Assembly: GCA_902526795.1 (NCBI GenBank)
Contig: CABZMF010000001.1
Coordinates: 199,458-263,457 of the forward strand
Direction of reading: 5' to 3'
Source: an uncultured Fidelibacterota bacterium
Lineage (GTDB): Bacteria > Fidelibacterota > Marinisomatia > Marinisomatales > Marinisomataceae
Length of the DNA stretch: 64,000 nucleotides
This document shows positions 19,713-32,814 of the stretch, piece after piece. The notes beneath the pieces were generated by a model. That model was not told the origin of the DNA. It saw only the letters and a program-made list of their open reading frames with translations, and made no database searches. The first letter of the stretch is position 1; each line of letters begins with the position of its first letter. Made by a program: the position numbers and the translations under genes.

Positions 19713-20238
19713 AAAGATAAATATTTATTCCAATTTATTAAATGATGCTGTTAATTCATTTAAAGATTTTATTAGTGTCAAAAGTGGATTGGAAGAATTT
19801 AATTCATCTTTAAAAGATGATTTATCAATCAATACTTTTTTCAAATCAAAGACTGTAGAAAATGCAGAAAAAGTGAGTCTTTTTGAAAAAGCTGTTTCAA
19901 GTTCAATGAATGTTATTTTAGTAGAAGTGCTAAAAGTAATAATAGAAAATGATGACATAAGTTTATTAAAAAATGTTGCTAAACATTTTACTTTACTATC
20001 AAAACAAAAACTAAATATTGCATTTGTTGAAGTAGTTTCTTCAAACGAGATGAATAGTGATCAAAAAGATGATATATCCAATTCTTTGAGTGAACTTATC
20101 AATAAGAAAATTGATATCAACTTTAATGTTGATAAAAATTTAATTGGGGGACTTAAAATTAAAGTAGACGACACATTATATGATAGTAGTCTGCAAACAA
20201 AATTAGAAAACGCAAAATCAAAATTAGTAGGGGTATAA
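19696..20238 (+). CDS. atpH: F1 subunit delta
   Basis: VDKNLIGGLKIKVDD..YDSSL; operon position. Confidence 0.9.
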   Translation: MKQNLKKINIYSNLLNDAVNSFKDFISVKSGLEEFNSSLKDDLSINTFFKSKTVENAEKVSLFEKAVSSSMNVILVEVLKVIIENDDISLLKNVAKHFTLLSKQKLNIAFVEVVSSNEMNSDQKDDISNSLSELINKKIDINFNVDKNLIGGLKIKVDDTLYDSSLQTKLENAKSKLVGV

Positions 20239-21756
20239 ATGGATATTAAGACAAATGAAATTGGTGATTTGCTAAGGAGTCAGATTAAAGATATCAATGA
20301 AAGTGTTGATGTTAATGAGGTTGGCGAAGTATTAGAAATTGGCGATGGTGTTGCTAGAACAAGCGGACTTGGAAGTGTAATGAGTTCTGAGCTGGTTGAG
20401 TTTCCAAATAATGTATTTGGAATGGCTTTAAATTTAGAAGAAGAAAATGTTGGTGCAGTACTATTTGGTGATAGTAGTCTTGTAAAAGAAGGTGATACTG
20501 TTAAAAGAACAGGTAAAGTTGTCGAAGTTCCAGTTGGTAAAGAACTTTTAGGTCGAGTTGTTGATCCTCTTGGCCAACCAATGGACGGCAAAGGTCCAAT
20601 AAACGCCAAAGAAACTTTACCAATTGAAAGAAAAGCATTAGGTGTTATGCAGAGATTTCCAGTTAAAGAACCCCTACAAACTGGATTGAAATCAATTGAT
20701 AGTATGATTCCAATTGGTAGAGGACAAAGAGAGTTAATTATTGGCGATAGACAAACAGGAAAATCAGCTATTGCAATTGATGCAATTATAAATCAAAAAT
20801 CAACTCATAGTACTGATAGTCCAGTTTATTGTGTTTATGTTGCTGTTGGTCAAAAAGCATCAACAGTTGCTAAACTAGTTGCTGAGCTTGAAGCTAACGG
20901 TGCAATGGAATACACAACTGTTGTTGTAGCCAATGCTTCAGATCCAGCTCCACTACAATATATTGCTCCATATTCAGGGTGTGCAATGGGAGAATATTAT
21001 AGAGATAATGGTATGCATGGTTTAATCGTTTATGATGATTTGTCAAAACAAGCAACTGCATACAGGCAGATGTCTCTAGTTTTAAGAAGACCTCCTGGAA
21101 GAGAAGCTTTCCCTGGAGATGTATTCTATTTACATAGTAGATTACTTGAAAGGGCTTCAAAGCTTTCAGAAGATTTAGGTTCTGGTTCGTTAACCGCACT
21201 TCCAGTTATTGAAACTCAAGAAGGTGATGTATCCGCTTATATTCCAACGAATGTTATATCAATTACTGATGGACAAATTTATTTAGATACAAATTTATTT
21301 AATGGTGGTGTTAGACCTGCTGTTGATGTAGGACTATCTGTTTCAAGAGTTGGTGGTAGTGCACAGATCAAAGCTATGAAAAAAATTGCTGGTAAATTGA
21401 GATTAGACTTGGCCCAATTCAGAGAATTAGAGGCTTTTGCTAAATTTGCTTCTGATTTGGATGAATCAACTGCAACTCAAATTACTAGAGGAAGACGAAT
21501 GGTTGAAATTTTGAAGCAAAATCAGTATGTACCAATGACTACAGAGAAGCAGGTTGCAATTATTTATGCCGCAAGTCAGGGTTATTTAGATGATATTGAA
21601 TTAGAATCAGTTAAGGAGTTTGAAGTAGGGCTTCTAGATCATTTTGAGGCTAAACATTCTGAATGTTTGCAAGAAATAAGTAGTTCAGGAGACATTTCTG
21701 ATAATCTTGGTAAAAAAATGAATAAAGCAATAGAGGAATTCAAGAAAAGCTTTTAA
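20239..21756 (+). CDS. atpA: F1 subunit alpha
   Basis: [30 protein letters not shown]. Confidence 0.98.
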   Translation: MDIKTNEIGDLLRSQIKDINESVDVNEVGEVLEIGDGVARTSGLGSVMSSELVEFPNNVFGMALNLEEENVGAVLFGDSSLVKEGDTVKRTGKVVEVPVGKELLGRVVDPLGQPMDGKGPINAKETLPIERKALGVMQRFPVKEPLQTGLKSIDSMIPIGRGQRELIIGDRQTGKSAIAIDAIINQKSTHSTDSPVYCVYVAVGQKASTVAKLVAELEANGAMEYTTVVVANASDPAPLQYIAPYSGCAMGEYYRDNGMHGLIVYDDLSKQATAYRQMSLVLRRPPGREAFPGDVFYLHSRLLERASKLSEDLGSGSLTALPVIETQEGDVSAYIPTNVISITDGQIYLDTNLFNGGVRPAVDVGLSVSRVGGSAQIKAMKKIAGKLRLDLAQFRELEAFAKFASDLDESTATQITRGRRMVEILKQNQYVPMTTEKQVAIIYAASQGYLDDIELESVKEFEVGLLDHFEAKHSECLQEISSSGDISDNLGKKMNKAIEEFKKSF

Positions 21757-21757
21757 T

Positions 21758-24298
<2,541 letters not shown>

Positions 24299-24315
24299 TT
24301 GTTAGATTGTTGTAG

Positions 24316-26067
24316 ATGACTATTAGAACACATAATTGTGGTGAATTGAATAATAATCATATTGACAAGACCGTTCAACTTTCAGGATGGGTAAACTCTA
24401 TAAGAACCCATGGTCAGATCATATTTATAGATATTCGGGATCGTTTTGGTAAAACACAGGTTATACTTAGTTCTGAAGAATTAGTTGAAATTGGTAAAAC
24501 CTTGTCAAATGAAGATGTTATTCGTGTATCCGGTATAGTTTCTGCAAGGGAAAAAGATTTAATCAATCCTGATTTATCAACAGGCCAAATTGAAGTTCTA
24601 GCTGAAAAAATTAATTTATTAAGTACTGCTGAGCCTATGCCTTTAACTATACAAGATCGGGAGGCATCTTCGGAAGAACATAGATTAAAATATAGATATT
24701 TAGAGCTGAGAAATTCTTCTCTTCAAAATAATTTAATTATTAGGCATAAAACAGCCCAGGTTGTTAGAAATTTCTTATCTGAAAATCATTTCTTAGAAAT
24801 TGAAACACCAGTATTGATGAAATCAACTCCAGAAGGTGCAAGAGATTATTTAGTGCCTAGCAGAGTTCATAACGGTCAATTTTATGCTTTACCACAATCC
24901 CCGCAAATGTATAAGCAACTGTTTATGATTGCAGGCTTAGATCGTTATTTTCAAATTGTTAAATGTTTTAGAGATGAAGATTTAAGGTCTGATCGTCAAC
25001 CTGAGTTTACTCAAATAGATTTAGAAATGAGTTTTGTAGACGAAGATGAAGTCAGAAATTTAATTCAAAATTTAATTATCAAAGTATTTAGAGAAATAAT
25101 CAACGTAGAAATAAATGATTTTCCAGTTCTTACGTATAAAGAAGCTATTGAAAAATATGGTACTGATAAACCTGATTTAAGATTTAAAATGCATATCAAT
25201 GATTTTAAGCCTTTTTCAGGTAAATCTGATTTTAAAGCATTTTCTTCCTGTGAGGCAGTAAGAATGATTCACACTCAGAAAGCTGATAAATTTTCCAGAA
25301 AAGTTATAGATGAAATGGATGCGTATGCTCAATCAATTGGAGCCAAAGGACTAGCATGGTTTAAAGTAAATAATGGTGATTTTGAGGGAGGAATTTCTAA
25401 ATTTTTTGATTCTGAACTTCGCAAAGAAATCATTAATAATTTTGGAATTAAAGATAACTCAATATGTTTCATAGTTGGTGATAAACTAAATGATTCACTC
25501 AAAATTCTCGGAAAAGTAAGAAGTAGGCTAGGTGATTTATTGAATCTTAAAGATAATGACCTGTTTTCTCCTGTTTGGATTGTAGATTTTCCTTTATTTG
25601 ATTGGAATCACGAAACTGAAAGATTTGATTCCGTAAATCATCCTTTCACAGCTCCAAAAGATTTTGATATCAAAAATATTCTGTTAAACCCTGGAGATAT
25701 TATTTCTAAAGGCTACGATATAGTAATTAATGGCTATGAGGTGGCTGGAGGTTCAATAAGAATCCACGATCATAAATTGCAAAAAGATATATTTAAAATA
25801 ATGAATTTGTCTGAAGAGGAAATTTCGGAAAAATTTGGATTTTTTATAGATGCATTAAAATATGGAACACCACCTCATGGTGGCATTGCATTTGGATTAG
25901 ATAGATTGGTCATGCTGTTGGCAAAAGTAACAAATATTAGAGATGTAATTGCATTTCCAAAGACAACATCAGCATCTGCTTTGATGGAAGAAGCTCCAAA
26001 CCTTGTTTCAGAAGAACAATTAAATGAACTTGGAATAAAGATTGTAGATGATGAAAAAAACGTTTGA
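24316..26067 (+). CDS. aspS: Aspartate--tRNA ligase
   Basis: [50 protein letters not shown]. Confidence 0.97.
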   Translation: MTIRTHNCGELNNNHIDKTVQLSGWVNSIRTHGQIIFIDIRDRFGKTQVILSSEELVEIGKTLSNEDVIRVSGIVSAREKDLINPDLSTGQIEVLAEKINLLSTAEPMPLTIQDREASSEEHRLKYRYLELRNSSLQNNLIIRHKTAQVVRNFLSENHFLEIETPVLMKSTPEGARDYLVPSRVHNGQFYALPQSPQMYKQLFMIAGLDRYFQIVKCFRDEDLRSDRQPEFTQIDLEMSFVDEDEVRNLIQNLIIKVFREIINVEINDFPVLTYKEAIEKYGTDKPDLRFKMHINDFKPFSGKSDFKAFSSCEAVRMIHTQKADKFSRKVIDEMDAYAQSIGAKGLAWFKVNNGDFEGGISKFFDSELRKEIINNFGIKDNSICFIVGDKLNDSLKILGKVRSRLGDLLNLKDNDLFSPVWIVDFPLFDWNHETERFDSVNHPFTAPKDFDIKNILLNPGDIISKGYDIVINGYEVAGGSIRIHDHKLQKDIFKIMNLSEEEISEKFGFFIDALKYGTPPHGGIAFGLDRLVMLLAKVTNIRDVIAFPKTTSASALMEEAPNLVSEEQLNELGIKIVDDEKNV

Positions 26068-26995
26068 AATAAAGGGTGTGGACTTAACTAGTCTGTATGG
26101 AGTAGGTGATAAAAATATTCTTTTTTTAGAAAAAAAACTTCCTCTTCAATTAAATATTAGAGGAAACAATATTTTTTGCCAAGGCTTAAAAAAAGATATC
26201 AATCATTTTGATTCAGTTCTAAACCAAATGATTAATTCAGTTAAAAAGGGTAATACTTTATCTCAAAAAGATATATCTCAATTAGTTGCCTTAAATGCTT
26301 CTGAACAATCATCAAAATCAAATGGTTCCATTGAGAACGTATTATTTTATGGTAAAAAGGGTCCTGTTTTTCCCAGAACCGATGGTCAGAAAGAATTAGT
26401 AAAATCTTTTTTAAAAAATGACATAATAATTTCGGTGGGTCCAGCAGGAACCGGAAAAACATTCCTTGCAGTAGCATATGCATTATCATTACTTGAAAAA
26501 CATGAAATTGAAAAAATTATTTTCTGTAGACCAGCTGTTGAAGCCGGAGAAAATTTAGGTTTTCTTCCTGGAGATCTTAAAGATAAAATTGACCCCTATT
26601 TAGCTCCATTGTATGATGCACTTCATGAGTTACTTCCAAAGAATAAAATTCAAAATTTTCTAGATAGAGGAATTATTGAGATTATACCTTTAGCTTATAT
26701 GAGAGGAAGGACAATAAATCGTTCAGCAATGATTTTAGATGAAGCTCAAAATGCTTCATCAATTCAAATGAAAATGTTTTTAACAAGACTAGGTATTGAA
26801 TCTCGAGCAATTATAACTGGAGATGAGTCTCAAATAGATTTACCTACAAAATCTAATTCTGGGTTAGTTGATGTTTTGAAAATACTAAAAAACATTAATG
26901 ACATTGGTATTGTAAAATTGGATGAACATGATATAGCAAGACATCATCTGGTTAAAGATATCATTGATGCTTATTCTAAATCAAAAAATAAATAG
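26048..26995 (+). CDS. phoH: PhoH family ATPase
   Basis: [39 protein letters not shown]. Confidence 0.93.
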   Translation: MMKKTFEIKGVDLTSLYGVGDKNILFLEKKLPLQLNIRGNNIFCQGLKKDINHFDSVLNQMINSVKKGNTLSQKDISQLVALNASEQSSKSNGSIENVLFYGKKGPVFPRTDGQKELVKSFLKNDIIISVGPAGTGKTFLAVAYALSLLEKHEIEKIIFCRPAVEAGENLGFLPGDLKDKIDPYLAPLYDALHELLPKNKIQNFLDRGIIEIIPLAYMRGRTINRSAMILDEAQNASSIQMKMFLTRLGIESRAIITGDESQIDLPTKSNSGLVDVLKILKNINDIGIVKLDEHDIARHHLVKDIIDAYSKSKNK

Positions 26996-27004
26996 GAAAT
27001 TATA

Positions 27005-28072
27005 ATGACTAAAATTTTTGAGAAAATTTCAGATAAAAATCATGAACAGGTTGTTTATTGCAACGATCCATCATCAGGCTTAAAGGCAATTATTGCAATT
27101 CATAATACCGTGCTCGGTCCCGCTTTAGGTGGGTGTAGGATGTATCCTTATAAGTGTGAAGAAGATGCCCTTGTAGACGTATTAAGATTATCAAGAGGTA
27201 TGACATATAAAGCTTCAATTTCAAACCTTAATATTGGAGGAGGTAAAGCAGTAATTATAGGTGATCCAAATAAAGATAAATCTGAAGTTCTTTTAAGATC
27301 ATTTGGAAAGTTCGTGCAGAGCTTAGGCGGAAAATATATAACTGCCGAAGATGTGGGAATGTCTGTACATGACATGGAGTTTATTAGAATGGAAACTAAT
27401 AGTGTAACAGGTATTACAAGAGCAATGGGTGGAAGTGGAGATCCTTCAATATTAACAGCTCTTGGAGTTTTTGTTGGAATGAAAGCTGCATTGAAAAAAC
27501 GATTAAATATTAATTCAGTCAAAGGTTTAAAAATTGGCATACAGGGTTTTGGTAAAGTAGGTTATTATTTATGCTCACATTTAAAAGATGAAGGTGCAAA
27601 AATTTATGGTAACGATATTAATCAAGAATCATTAGAAAGAGTTAAAGAAGAGTTTGGCGTTATTCCAGTTGATGGCGATGAATTGATGTCTATGAATTTA
27701 GATGTTTTCTCTCCTTGTGCAATGGGAGCTATTATCAATCCTTCATCAATTGAAAATTTAAAGTGCAGTGTAATAGCTGGCGCTGCAAATAATCAGCTTG
27801 AAAAAGAAGATAGAGATTCAAAGCTTTTAAGTAAGAAAGAAATAATGTATGTACCTGATTATGTTATTAATGCTGGCGGACTAATGAATGTTGCCAATGA
27901 ATTACAGGGTTATAACAAAGAAAAAGCCAGATACCAGGTAGAGGGTATCTACTATATTCTTATGAGAATATTTGATTATGCTGCTAATAACAATATGTCC
28001 ACTCTTGAAGCAGCAAATCTTCTGGCTGAAAGAAGAATTCAAGATTACATAAAATGGAATCATCAACAATAA
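27005..28072 (+). CDS. Glu/Leu/Phe/Val dehydrogenase (leucine dehydrogenase-like)
   Basis: LGPALGGCRM, GMTYK, GGGKAVI, YITAEDVG, GAANNQL. Confidence 0.92.
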   Translation: MTKIFEKISDKNHEQVVYCNDPSSGLKAIIAIHNTVLGPALGGCRMYPYKCEEDALVDVLRLSRGMTYKASISNLNIGGGKAVIIGDPNKDKSEVLLRSFGKFVQSLGGKYITAEDVGMSVHDMEFIRMETNSVTGITRAMGGSGDPSILTALGVFVGMKAALKKRLNINSVKGLKIGIQGFGKVGYYLCSHLKDEGAKIYGNDINQESLERVKEEFGVIPVDGDELMSMNLDVFSPCAMGAIINPSSIENLKCSVIAGAANNQLEKEDRDSKLLSKKEIMYVPDYVINAGGLMNVANELQGYNKEKARYQVEGIYYILMRIFDYAANNNMSTLEAANLLAERRIQDYIKWNHQQ

Positions 28073-28078
28073 TATCAA

Positions 28079-28501
28079 ATGTCTAAAAATAATAAACAAC
28101 AAAGAAAGTTAGCTAGAGAGGCTGTATTGCAAGCACTTTATGCAAAACATGTTTCAAGTGAAGATGATAAAAAAGTTTTACATGATATTTTTATTAGGTA
28201 TGAATTTGATAAAATGACAAAAAAGTTCGTTGAAGAATTATTTAACCTGACTATAAAATTTTCTGAAGAGCTGGATAAAAAAATCGAATCAAATTTGGAT
28301 AATTGGACTATTGATCGTTTAAATGTAATTGATAAACTAATAATGAAAATGTCTCTTTGTGAGATGATACATTTAAAGTCATATGATATTTCACACAAAG
28401 TTACGATCAGCTCAGCAATTGAAAATGCAAAAAAATTTAGCTCTGAAGATAGTACCTCGTTCGTAAATGGAGTATTAGATTCAATTTATAAGGAATTATA
28501 A
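28079..28501 (+). CDS. nusB: Transcription antitermination factor NusB
   Basis: RKLARE..LQALY, W..DRL..ID..I, FVNGVLD. Confidence 0.92.
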   Translation: MSKNNKQQRKLAREAVLQALYAKHVSSEDDKKVLHDIFIRYEFDKMTKKFVEELFNLTIKFSEELDKKIESNLDNWTIDRLNVIDKLIMKMSLCEMIHLKSYDISHKVTISSAIENAKKFSSEDSTSFVNGVLDSIYKEL

Positions 28502-31500
28502 ATGAGTATTCTAACAAAAATATTTGGAACTAAATCCGATAGAGAAATAAAAAAGATTTCGCCAATTGTTAATCAAGTAAATGAATTCTATGATACTCTG
28601 GAAGGAAAAGATATAGCTTACCTTCAAAGCCGAACCAAAGAATTGCAACAAATTATTCAACAAGATATTTTAACTGAAGAAAGTGAAAAATTATCTAATA
28701 TTGATGACTCAAAAGAATTAAAAAAAATCAGAGCTGAAATTGCTGAAAAAGTTTTAGGTAAGCATTTGGTAGAATCATTTGCTCTAGTAAAGCATGCATG
28801 TAGACTTCTATATGATAAAGAGTGGGATGTAGTAGGGCAAAAGATTAAATGGGAAATGATTCCTTACGACGAGCAAGTTGTTGGTGGTATTGTATTACAT
28901 CAAGGAAAAATTTCAGAAATGAAAACTGGAGAAGGTAAAACCTTAGTTGCCACTTTCCCTATTTATTTGAACGCTCTTTCCGGCCGTGGAGTACATGTTA
29001 TAACTGTAAATGATTACTTAGCCCAAAGAGATGCTGAGTGGATGGGTAAGGTATTTGAGACTTTAGGATTATCAGTTGGATTTATATTAAATAGCATGAA
29101 TCCTGAACAGAGAAAATCTTCTTATAATTGTGATATTACATATGGGACCAATAATGAATTTGGTTTTGATTATCTTAGAGATAACATGACTATTGATAGA
29201 GAGTTTTTAGTTCAAAGAAAACATAACTATGCAATTGTTGATGAGGTAGACAGTGTTTTGATTGATGAAGCAAGAACTCCCTTAATTATCTCGGGGCCTG
29301 TTGAGACAAAAATTAATCAATCTTATATTGATTTAAAACGCCCAGTTCAATCTCTTGTTACAAAACAAACTCAACTAGTTAGCTCTTTAGTTACAGAAGC
29401 GCAAACATTCTTAAAAAATGAAGAAATTTCGGATGAAGAAAAACAAAAAGCAGGATTATTATTACTTAAAGCTAAAAAAGGTCTTCCTAAATTTCAAAAA
29501 TTACAGGACATATTTCAAGAGCAAGGTACTATAAAAATGATGAATGCCGTTGAATCTGAATACATAGCAGAGAAGAAAACTTATCTTCTTGATGAAGATT
29601 TATTATTTTCTATTGATGAGCAATCTAATAGTGTTGATTTATCTGATAAAGGTAGAGAAGCATTGTCGCCGGATAACAATGATGCTTTTACAATTCCAGA
29701 TTTAGGTGAATTGTTATCTGATATTGATGATAAAAATCTTTCTGATGAGCAAAAGCAATTAGAAAAAGAAAAAGTATATAAGTTACACTCAGAAAGAAGT
29801 AGCAAGATTCACTATTTAAGTCAACTTTTAAAAGCCTACACATTATTCGATAAGGATGTTGAATACGTTGTTCAAAATGGACAAGTATTAATTGTAGACG
29901 AGTTTACCGGTAGAGTTCTTCCTGGACGAAGATTTAGTGGAGGCCTTCACCAAGCTTTAGAAGCTAAAGAGAATGTCAAAATTGAAAAAGAAACTCAGAC
30001 ATTAGCCTCTATAACAATTCAAAATTATTTTAGAATGTATGATAAGTTATCAGGAATGACTGGAACTGCAGATACAGAAGCAGCTGAATTTGAAAAGATA
30101 TATAATTTAGGAGTAACAGTCATACCAACACATAGATCTATTAAAAGAAATGATTTCAATGATGTTATTTATAAGTCTATGCAAGCAAAATATAAGGCAG
30201 TTATAAATGAAGTAAGTGAATACTATTCTAAAGGTCAACCTGTGCTCATTGGAACTATTTCAGTAGAAGTATCTGAACTATTATCAAAGATGTTAAAACA
30301 AAAAGGTATTCCTCACAATGTTCTAAATGCTAAGCAACACCAAAGCGAAGCGCAAATTGTTGCACAAGCAGGTTTAAAAAAATCAATTACAATTGCAACG
30401 AATATGGCTGGAAGAGGAACTGACATTAAATTGGGTCCAGGCGTAGAAGAATTAGGTGGATTACACATCATTGGAACAGCAAGACATGAATCTAGAAGAA
30501 TCGATTTACAGTTAATGGGTCGTTCTGGTAGACAGGGAGATAATGGTTCTTCCCGATTTTATATTTCTCTTGAAGATGACCTTATGAGATTATTTAATAT
30601 GGATAGACTTGCAACTTATATGGATAGGCTGTCGATGGATGAGGATCAAGAGTTAAGCGCAGGAATGCTAAATAGAGGTGTAAGTAATGCACAAAAGAAA
30701 GTAGAGGAAAGAAATTTTGCAATGAGAAAACATCTTCTGGAATATGATGATGTTCTTAATCAGCAAAGAGAAATAATTTACGATTTAAGAAATAAGGCTT
30801 TATTATCCGATTCAATTAAAGATACTATTCATGAGTTTATCGAAGATTTTATTTACGACGTCATTGGAGACTTGGATTTTAAGCTATTAAAAGAATGGGA
30901 CTGGCAAAGTATAAATCAACAATTAAATAGCAATATACTTGTTACTATTGATATAAAAGAACTTGACTCTACTAATTCTATAGATGAGTTAATTGATTTT
31001 ATAAATGAGAAAGCATTAAAGTACTATCAACTAAAAGAAGACATTATTCCAAAAGAATTATTAAGAAAAGTCGAAAAATTTATTGTTCTAAAAACAATTG
31101 ATGAAAAATGGAGAAATCACTTACTTGGAATGGATCAATTAAGAGAGGGAATAGGTTTAAGAGCATATGGGCAAAAAAATCCGTTGATTGAGTACAAGTC
31201 TGAATCGTATAATTTTTTTCAAGAGCTTCTTATAAGCTTACGAAGCACGGTCATTCAAAGAGTTTTTCATGCCCAAATAAGTGATCAGCAACAAACTCAG
31301 CAAAATCCGTTGCAAAAAAATATACAACTTCAGCATGATGATGTTGATTCCAATTCTGATGCTACTCAGCCTGAAAAAAATCCTTCAATGATAAAATCAA
31401 ATACTGATTTAAAGTTAGGCAGAAATGACAAGATTGAACTGATTTCACCGTCTGGTGAAAAAGTTAAAGTAAAATTTAAAAAAATTGATCAATATCTTTT

Positions 31501-31528
31501 GAAAGGGTTCACTCGTGTCGAAAACTAA
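28502..31528 (+). CDS. secA: Preprotein translocase ATPase SecA
   Basis: MKTGEGKT, VDEVDSVLIDEARTPLIISG, ATNMAGRGTDI, GRSGRQGD.G. Confidence 0.98.
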   Translation: MSILTKIFGTKSDREIKKISPIVNQVNEFYDTLEGKDIAYLQSRTKELQQIIQQDILTEESEKLSNIDDSKELKKIRAEIAEKVLGKHLVESFALVKHACRLLYDKEWDVVGQKIKWEMIPYDEQVVGGIVLHQGKISEMKTGEGKTLVATFPIYLNALSGRGVHVITVNDYLAQRDAEWMGKVFETLGLSVGFILNSMNPEQRKSSYNCDITYGTNNEFGFDYLRDNMTIDREFLVQRKHNYAIVDEVDSVLIDEARTPLIISGPVETKINQSYIDLKRPVQSLVTKQTQLVSSLVTEAQTFLKNEEISDEEKQKAGLLLLKAKKGLPKFQKLQDIFQEQGTIKMMNAVESEYIAEKKTYLLDEDLLFSIDEQSNSVDLSDKGREALSPDNNDAFTIPDLGELLSDIDDKNLSDEQKQLEKEKVYKLHSERSSKIHYLSQLLKAYTLFDKDVEYVVQNGQVLIVDEFTGRVLPGRRFSGGLHQALEAKENVKIEKETQTLASITIQNYFRMYDKLSGMTGTADTEAAEFEKIYNLGVTVIPTHRSIKRNDFNDVIYKSMQAKYKAVINEVSEYYSKGQPVLIGTISVEVSELLSKMLKQKGIPHNVLNAKQHQSEAQIVAQAGLKKSITIATNMAGRGTDIKLGPGVEELGGLHIIGTARHESRRIDLQLMGRSGRQGDNGSSRFYISLEDDLMRLFNMDRLATYMDRLSMDEDQELSAGMLNRGVSNAQKKVEERNFAMRKHLLEYDDVLNQQREIIYDLRNKALLSDSIKDTIHEFIEDFIYDVIGDLDFKLLKEWDWQSINQQLNSNILVTIDIKELDSTNSIDELIDFINEKALKYYQLKEDIIPKELLRKVEKFIVLKTIDEKWRNHLLGMDQLREGIGLRAYGQKNPLIEYKSESYNFFQELLISLRSTVIQRVFHAQISDQQQTQQNPLQKNIQLQHDDVDSNSDATQPEKNPSMIKSNTDLKLGRNDKIELISPSGEKVKVKFKKIDQYLLKGFTRVEN

Positions 31529-32687
31529 AAAAAATACAAAATTTTCCACAAAAACTATTCATGTTGGAAATAAAATTGATGAAACTGGAGCAGCTGTAAC
31601 TCCATTACATTTAACTTCTACTTTCAGACAACCAACATTTCGCAGTAGTGAAAAGTTTGTTTATTCAAGAACAGGAGGACCTACAATTGATGCGCTTGAA
31701 GAAAACTTTGCAATGCTTGAAGATGCTAAATATTCTTTCGCATTTGCTTCTGGTATGGCTGCAATGTCCGCAATATTTTTAATGTTCAAGCCAGGAGATC
31801 ATGTTTTGATATCTAAAAACGTTTATGGCGGTGTTTTTCGATTGGTCACAAAAGTTTTGAATGATAATGGTGTTAATTTTGACTTTATTGATACAACCGA
31901 TTTAAACTTAATTAAAAAATCAATCAAGGAAAGTACTAAATTGATTCATTTAGAAACTCCAAGTAATCCACTTTTAGAAATAGCAGATATTTTAGCTATA
32001 TCAAAGATATGCAAATCAAACAAAATTTTATTAAGTGTTGATAATACATTTATGAGTCCATACGGTCAAAAACCATTAAATCTTGGAGCAGACATAGTTA
32101 TGCATAGCACAACAAAATATATTGGAGGACATTCTGATGTTTTAAGCGGTGCTCTGATGGTAAATGATAAAAAATCTGCAGAAAAAATTACTCTAATTCA
32201 AAATACATCTGGAGCGTTGCCAAGCCCTTTTGATGCATGGTTATTGCTACGATCTATTAAAACTTTATCTTTGAGAGTTGAAAAGCATTTTAGTAATACA
32301 ATGAAAATTGCAATTTGGTTAAAAAAGCAGAAAAAGGTTACAAGAGTAATTTACCCAGGTTTAAAAGAACATCCCCAGTATTCAATTGCCAAAAAACAGC
32401 AAAAAAATCCGAATGGAAACACAGTCTATGGTGGAATAATTTCATTCGAATTAGAAAAATCTATTGATATTAATAAATTTGCAAAGAAATTAAATTTTAT
32501 CACTTTAGCTGAAAGTTTAGGAGGGGTAAAAACATTAATATCTTGTCCTTATTCAATGACCCATGCTTCTGTGCCAAAAAAAGAAAAAGAAACACTAGGT
32601 ATTACTAAAAATCTTTTGAGACTTTCTGTAGGTATTGAAAATGCAGATGATTTAATTTCAGAACTAGATTTAGCTATAAATCATTAA
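31515..32687 (+). CDS. PLP-dependent trans-sulfuration enzyme (cystathionine gamma-lyase/synthase)
   Basis: YSR.G.PT, FASGMAA, ETPSNP, STTKYIGGHSD, SLGG..TL. Confidence 0.92.
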   Translation: MSKTKKNTKFSTKTIHVGNKIDETGAAVTPLHLTSTFRQPTFRSSEKFVYSRTGGPTIDALEENFAMLEDAKYSFAFASGMAAMSAIFLMFKPGDHVLISKNVYGGVFRLVTKVLNDNGVNFDFIDTTDLNLIKKSIKESTKLIHLETPSNPLLEIADILAISKICKSNKILLSVDNTFMSPYGQKPLNLGADIVMHSTTKYIGGHSDVLSGALMVNDKKSAEKITLIQNTSGALPSPFDAWLLLRSIKTLSLRVEKHFSNTMKIAIWLKKQKKVTRVIYPGLKEHPQYSIAKKQQKNPNGNTVYGGIISFELEKSIDINKFAKKLNFITLAESLGGVKTLISCPYSMTHASVPKKEKETLGITKNLLRLSVGIENADDLISELDLAINH

Positions 32688-32729
32688 ATAAACATTTTTT
32701 ACTAATTATATTTATATTTCGTTAAATAT

Positions 32730-32811
32730 GCCGTGGTGGCGGAATTGGTAGACGCGCTGGTCTTAGGAACCAGTATCGTAAGATGTGAAGGTTCGAGTCC
32801 TTTCCACGGTA
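32730..32811 (+). tRNA. tRNA-Leu(TAG)
   Basis: GCCGTGG/CCACGGT acceptor, anticodon loop CTTAGGA, long variable arm, GTTCGAG T-loop. Confidence 0.96.
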
Positions 32812-32814
32812 CTT

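Noticed and set aside
32785-32814. ORF-track start of the SLC13 permease
   Set aside because: Lies inside tRNA-Leu; the family N-terminus begins at ATG 32815
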